Source: Squalus acanthias
Lineage: Eukaryota
Direction of reading: 5' to 3'
Assembly: GCA_030390025.1 (NCBI GenBank)
Contig: CM059432.1
Coordinates: forward strand, 95,358,001 to 95,422,000
DNA length: 64,000 nucleotides
This document shows, piece after piece, positions 59,933 to 64,000 of this stretch. The notes beneath the pieces were generated by a model. It was not told the origin of the DNA, ran no database searches, and was given only the letters and a program-made list of their open reading frames with translations. A program made the translations under genes and the position numbers. The first letter of the stretch is position 1. Each line of letters opens with the position of its first letter.

Positions 59933-62022
59933 TATAAGAACATAAGGATTAGGAGCAGGAGTAGGCCACATGGCACTTCGAGCCTGCTCCGCCATTCAAT
60001 AAGATCATGGCTGATCTTCGACCTCAGCTCCACTTTCCCACCCGATCCCCATATCCCTTGATTCCCCTAGAGTCCAAAAATCTATCTATCTCAGCCTTGA
60101 ATATACTGAACAACTCAGTTTCCACAGCACTTAGAGGAGGGTTGTGAATCTTTGGAATTCTCTACCCCAGAGTGAAGAAATTCTTCCTCATCTCAGTCTT
60201 AAATGGCCGACCCCTTATCCTGAGACTATGCCCCCTAGTTCTAGACTCTCCAGCCAGGGAAACAACCTCTCAACATCTACCCTGTCAATCCCCCTCAGAA
60301 TCTTATATGTTTCAATGAGATCATCTCTCATTCTTCTAAACTCCAGAGAGTATAGGCCCATTCTACCCAATCTCTCCTCATAGGACAACCCTCTCATCCC
60401 AGGGATCAATCTAGTGAACCTTCGTTGCACTGCCTCTAAGGCATGTATGTCCTTCCTCAGATAAGGAGACCAAAACTGTGCACAGTACTCCAGGTGTGGT
60501 CTCGCCAAAACCCTGTACAATTGTAGTAAGACATCCTTACGCTTGTACTCCAACCCCCTTGCAATAAAGGCCAACATACCATTTGCCTTCCTAATTGCTT
60601 GCTGTGTTTCCTGTACAATGACACCCAAATCTCTCTGAACGCCAACATTTAATAGTTTCTCACCATTTTAAAAAGTATTCTGATTTTCTATTCTTCCTAC
60701 CAAAGTGAATAACCTCACATTTCCCCACATTATACTCCATCTGCCACCTTATTGCCCACTCACTTAATTTGTCTATATCCCTTTGCAGTCTCTTTGTGTC
60801 CTCCTCACAGCTTACTTTCCCACCTAGTTTTGCATCATCAGCAAACTTGGATACATTGCACTCGGTCCCTTCATCTAAGTCATTAATAGATTGTAAATAG
60901 CTGAGGCCCAAGCACGGATCCTTGTGGCACCCCACTAGTTACAGCCTGCCAACCAGAAAATGACCCGTTTATCCCTACTATGTTTTATGACCGTTAACCA
61001 ATCCCCTATCCATGCTAATATATTAACTCCAACCCCATGAGTCCTTATCTTGCAAAGCAACCTTTTTATGTGGCACCTTATCGAATGTCTTTTGGAAATC
61101 CAAATATACCAGATCCCCTGGTTCGCCTTTATCTAAGCTGCTAGTTACATCCTCAAAAAACTCTAATAAATTTGTTAAACATGATTTCCCTTTCATAAAA
61201 CTATGTTGACTGCCTAATCATATTATGATTTTCTAAGTGCCCTGTTACCACTTCCTTAACAATAGATTCCAGCATTTTCCTGACGACTGATGTCAGGCTA
61301 ACTGGCCTGTATTTCCCTATTTTCTCTCTCCCTCCTTTCTTGAATAGCGGGGTTATATTTGCTACCTTCCAATCTGCTGGGACTATTCTAGAATCTAGGG
61401 AATTTTGAAAGATCACAAGCAATGCATCCACTATCTCTGCAGCCACCTCTTTTCGAACCCCAGGTCCAAGGGATTTGTTGGCTTTTAGTCCCATTAGTTA
61501 CTCGAGTACTTTTTCTCTACTGATATTAATTACTTTAAGTTCCTCACTCTTATTAGCCCCTTGGCTCCCCACTATTTTTGGCATGCTTTTTGTTTCTTCT
61601 ACTATGAAGACAGATACAAAATATTAGTTTAAAGTCTCTGCCATTTCCTTATTTCACAATATAATTTCTCCTGTCTCAGCCTCTAAGGGACCAACGTTTA
61701 CTTTTGCTACTCTCTTCCTTATTACATACTTGTAGAAGCTCTTACAATCTGTTTTTATATTTCGAGCTAGTTTACTCTCATTCTATTTTTTCCCTTTTAT
61801 CAATTTTTTGGTCATCCTTTGCTGGTTTCTAAAGCTCTCCCAATCCTCAGGCTTACCATTATTCTTTGCAACATTATAAGCCTCTTCTTGTAATCTAATA
61901 CTATCCTTAACTTCTTTAGTTAGCCACGGAAGGATCACTTTTCTCGGGGAGTTTTTATTTCTTAATGGAATGTATATTCATTGAGAATTTTGGAATATTT
62001 CTTTAAATGTTTGTCTCTGCTT
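59933..62022 (-). mobile_element. CR1 LINE, 5'-truncated
   Basis: ORFs 61201-61494, 60660-60935 (FADD) and 60215-60628; TTCTTAT tail. Confidence 0.93.
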
Positions 62023-62087
62023 TATTATATAAAATGATTTGCACTTATACAGATACTTCGATCCTAATAGCTGACTGGTTACATGTT

Positions 62088-63012
62088 CAACAACAACAAC
62101 TTTAATGTAGTGAAATGTCCCAAGGCGCTTCACAGGAGTATTAAAAGACAAAAAATTTGACACAGAGGCACATAAGGAGAAATTAGGGCAGGTGACCAAA
62201 AGCTTGGTCAAAGAGGTAGGTTTTAAGGAGGAAAGAGAGGTAGCAAGGCAGAGAGGTTTAGGCAGGGAATTCCAGAGCTTAGGGCCTAGGCAACAGAAGG
62301 CACGGCCACCAATGGTTGAGTGATTATAATCAGGGATGCTCATGAGGGCAGAATTAGAGGAGCGCTGATATTTTGGGGGGGTGGTGGTGCGGGGGGGTGC
62401 TGAAGGAGATTACAGATATATGGAGGGGCGAGGCCATGGAGGGATTTGAAAACAAGGATGAGAATTTTGAAATCAAGGCATTGCTTAACCAGGAGCCAAT
62501 GTAGGTCAGCGAGCACAGGGGTGATGGGTGAATGGGACTTGGTGTGAGTTAGGACACGGGCAGCCGAGTTTTGGATCACCTCAAGTTTACATAGGGTAGA
62601 ATGTTGGAGGCCAGCCAGGAGTATGTTGGAAGATTCAAGTCAAAAGGTAACAAAGGCATGGATGAGGGTTTCAGCAGCGGATGAGCTGAGGCAAGGGCGG
62701 AGACGGGCGACAACAGAGGTGGAAATAGGCGGTCTTAGTTATGCCGCGGATATGTGGTCGGAAGCTCATTTCGGGGTCAAATATAACACCAAGCTTGCGA
62801 ACAGTGTGGTTCAGCCTCAGACAGATGTTAGGGAGAGGGATGGAGTCAGTGGCTAGGGAACAGAGTTTGTGGCAGGGACCGAAAACAATGGCTTCGGTCT
62901 TCCCAATATTTAATTGGAGAAAATTTCTGCTCATCTAGAACTGTATGTCTAACAAGCAGTCTGACAATTTAGACACCGTGGAGGGGTCGAGAGAAGTGGT
63001 GGTGAGGTAGAA
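62088..63012 (-). mobile_element. L2 LINE 3' part
   Basis: ORFs 62671-62934 and 62340-62579; (CAA)n tail. Confidence 0.92.
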
Positions 63013-64000
63013 CTATTCGGTACAGAATGTACAGTTAGAGCTGTTCGGTACAGTTTGTATAAACTATATTACTTGCATAACAGTAAATGTAAAGCAGTAA
63101 GGAAAGTAGTGCTAAAACAATTCAAAAATGTAGGCAAATGAAAAATAACATTCTGAAATCTGTTAGCAAATGTTGCACATAAAACACTTGTTCTATTTGG
63201 TGGTAATCTTTATTTTTTCCCCCCCTCTATCTTTATGAATTAACAGCTGGAGCCATGCAGATCCCAAATCTGAATTTTGGCTGTCAATCAGGTAACTACT
63301 GGAGTTGTGTATGTTTCCCAGCCATCTAAACTTGTCCCAAGAGGCCACTTGAGTGAATTTCCATTGACAGTATCAATAGGCTAGTTAAAAACACCTGCAT
63401 TTATAATTGATTGTACACTGTGTAAATAACAGTCTTCTCTGGAGACGGCATCTCAACATGATTCTCCTTTAACAGCAGCTGCTTCACTTTAAAGATGATA
63501 ATTTTACATCTAATCCCTAATCAACTAATCTTGAATTTATTGACAATTTATAAAGATCTGACGAGGGTTTTAATTCCGCTTTCTCTGGAGATATTTCCTT
63601 GATAATCCAATGATTTGTTAGTCATGAATAATTACTTGTACAAATGTTTACATGAACTCAGATCATCTGTCCAGAGATATAAATGTGTTTGGACTAGAAA
63701 GTCATTAAAAGATGCAACTGTCCAAGCCAAAAGTGCAGTGTGGAATAAACAATTTTACCAACTCTTGCCACAGTAAAAATAACAATATCTGAAAAGTCAA
63801 CAACATTTTCTGTTTATTTGAGGTCCCTTTATTTGGTTAGGTTTTTCTAGATTACTCACAGCGCTATCCTGATGATGAATGTAGCTTTTCAGTATTGCAG
63901 TATTTTATGCTTCTTAGCTCACGTCAGTAATGTTTTGTTGGTGATCCTTGAGGTCATGAAAAGAGCAAACACTATGGTTATGGCATGTTTTGCGGAGCAA

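Noticed and set aside
63247..63291. 45-bp AG/GT-bounded candidate exon
   Set aside because: Too short to evaluate and no link to other exons.

Overview
This is eukaryotic vertebrate DNA, densely packed with transposable elements. The repeat repertoire (CR1 with ATTCTATG/TTCTTATG tails, L2, a DeuSINE/SacSINE1-like SINE, Penelope-like elements) suggests a cartilaginous fish; this is inference from recalled families, not a database result. I could not identify an intact host gene, only weak candidate exons, so the window is probably intronic or intergenic. Nearly all long ORFs are broken retrotransposon or transposase fragments. They belong to CR1, L2, a third LINE family (called LINE-B here) with a partner SINE, one Penelope RT/GIY-YIG element, PIF/Harbinger relics and MITEs with 3-bp TSDs, and hAT elements with 8-bp TSDs. 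Five observations stand out. (1) A TIR/TSD-bounded hAT element has a 46-bp piece of its own transposase coding sequence amplified into a 22-copy array, and also carries a 121-bp fold-back insert. (2) A tRNA-Thr-headed SINE shares its body with the LINE-B 5' region and its tail with the LINE-B 3' end, suggesting a tRNA-headed LINE with internally deleted derivatives. (3) Penelope ends carry degenerate hammerhead ribozyme motifs and form hairpin inserts. (4) Spliced Harbinger Myb/SANT relics occur three times, one with an intronic 37-bp minisatellite. (5) Several nested insertions and inversions can be resolved at base level. Boundaries of old repeats are approximate.
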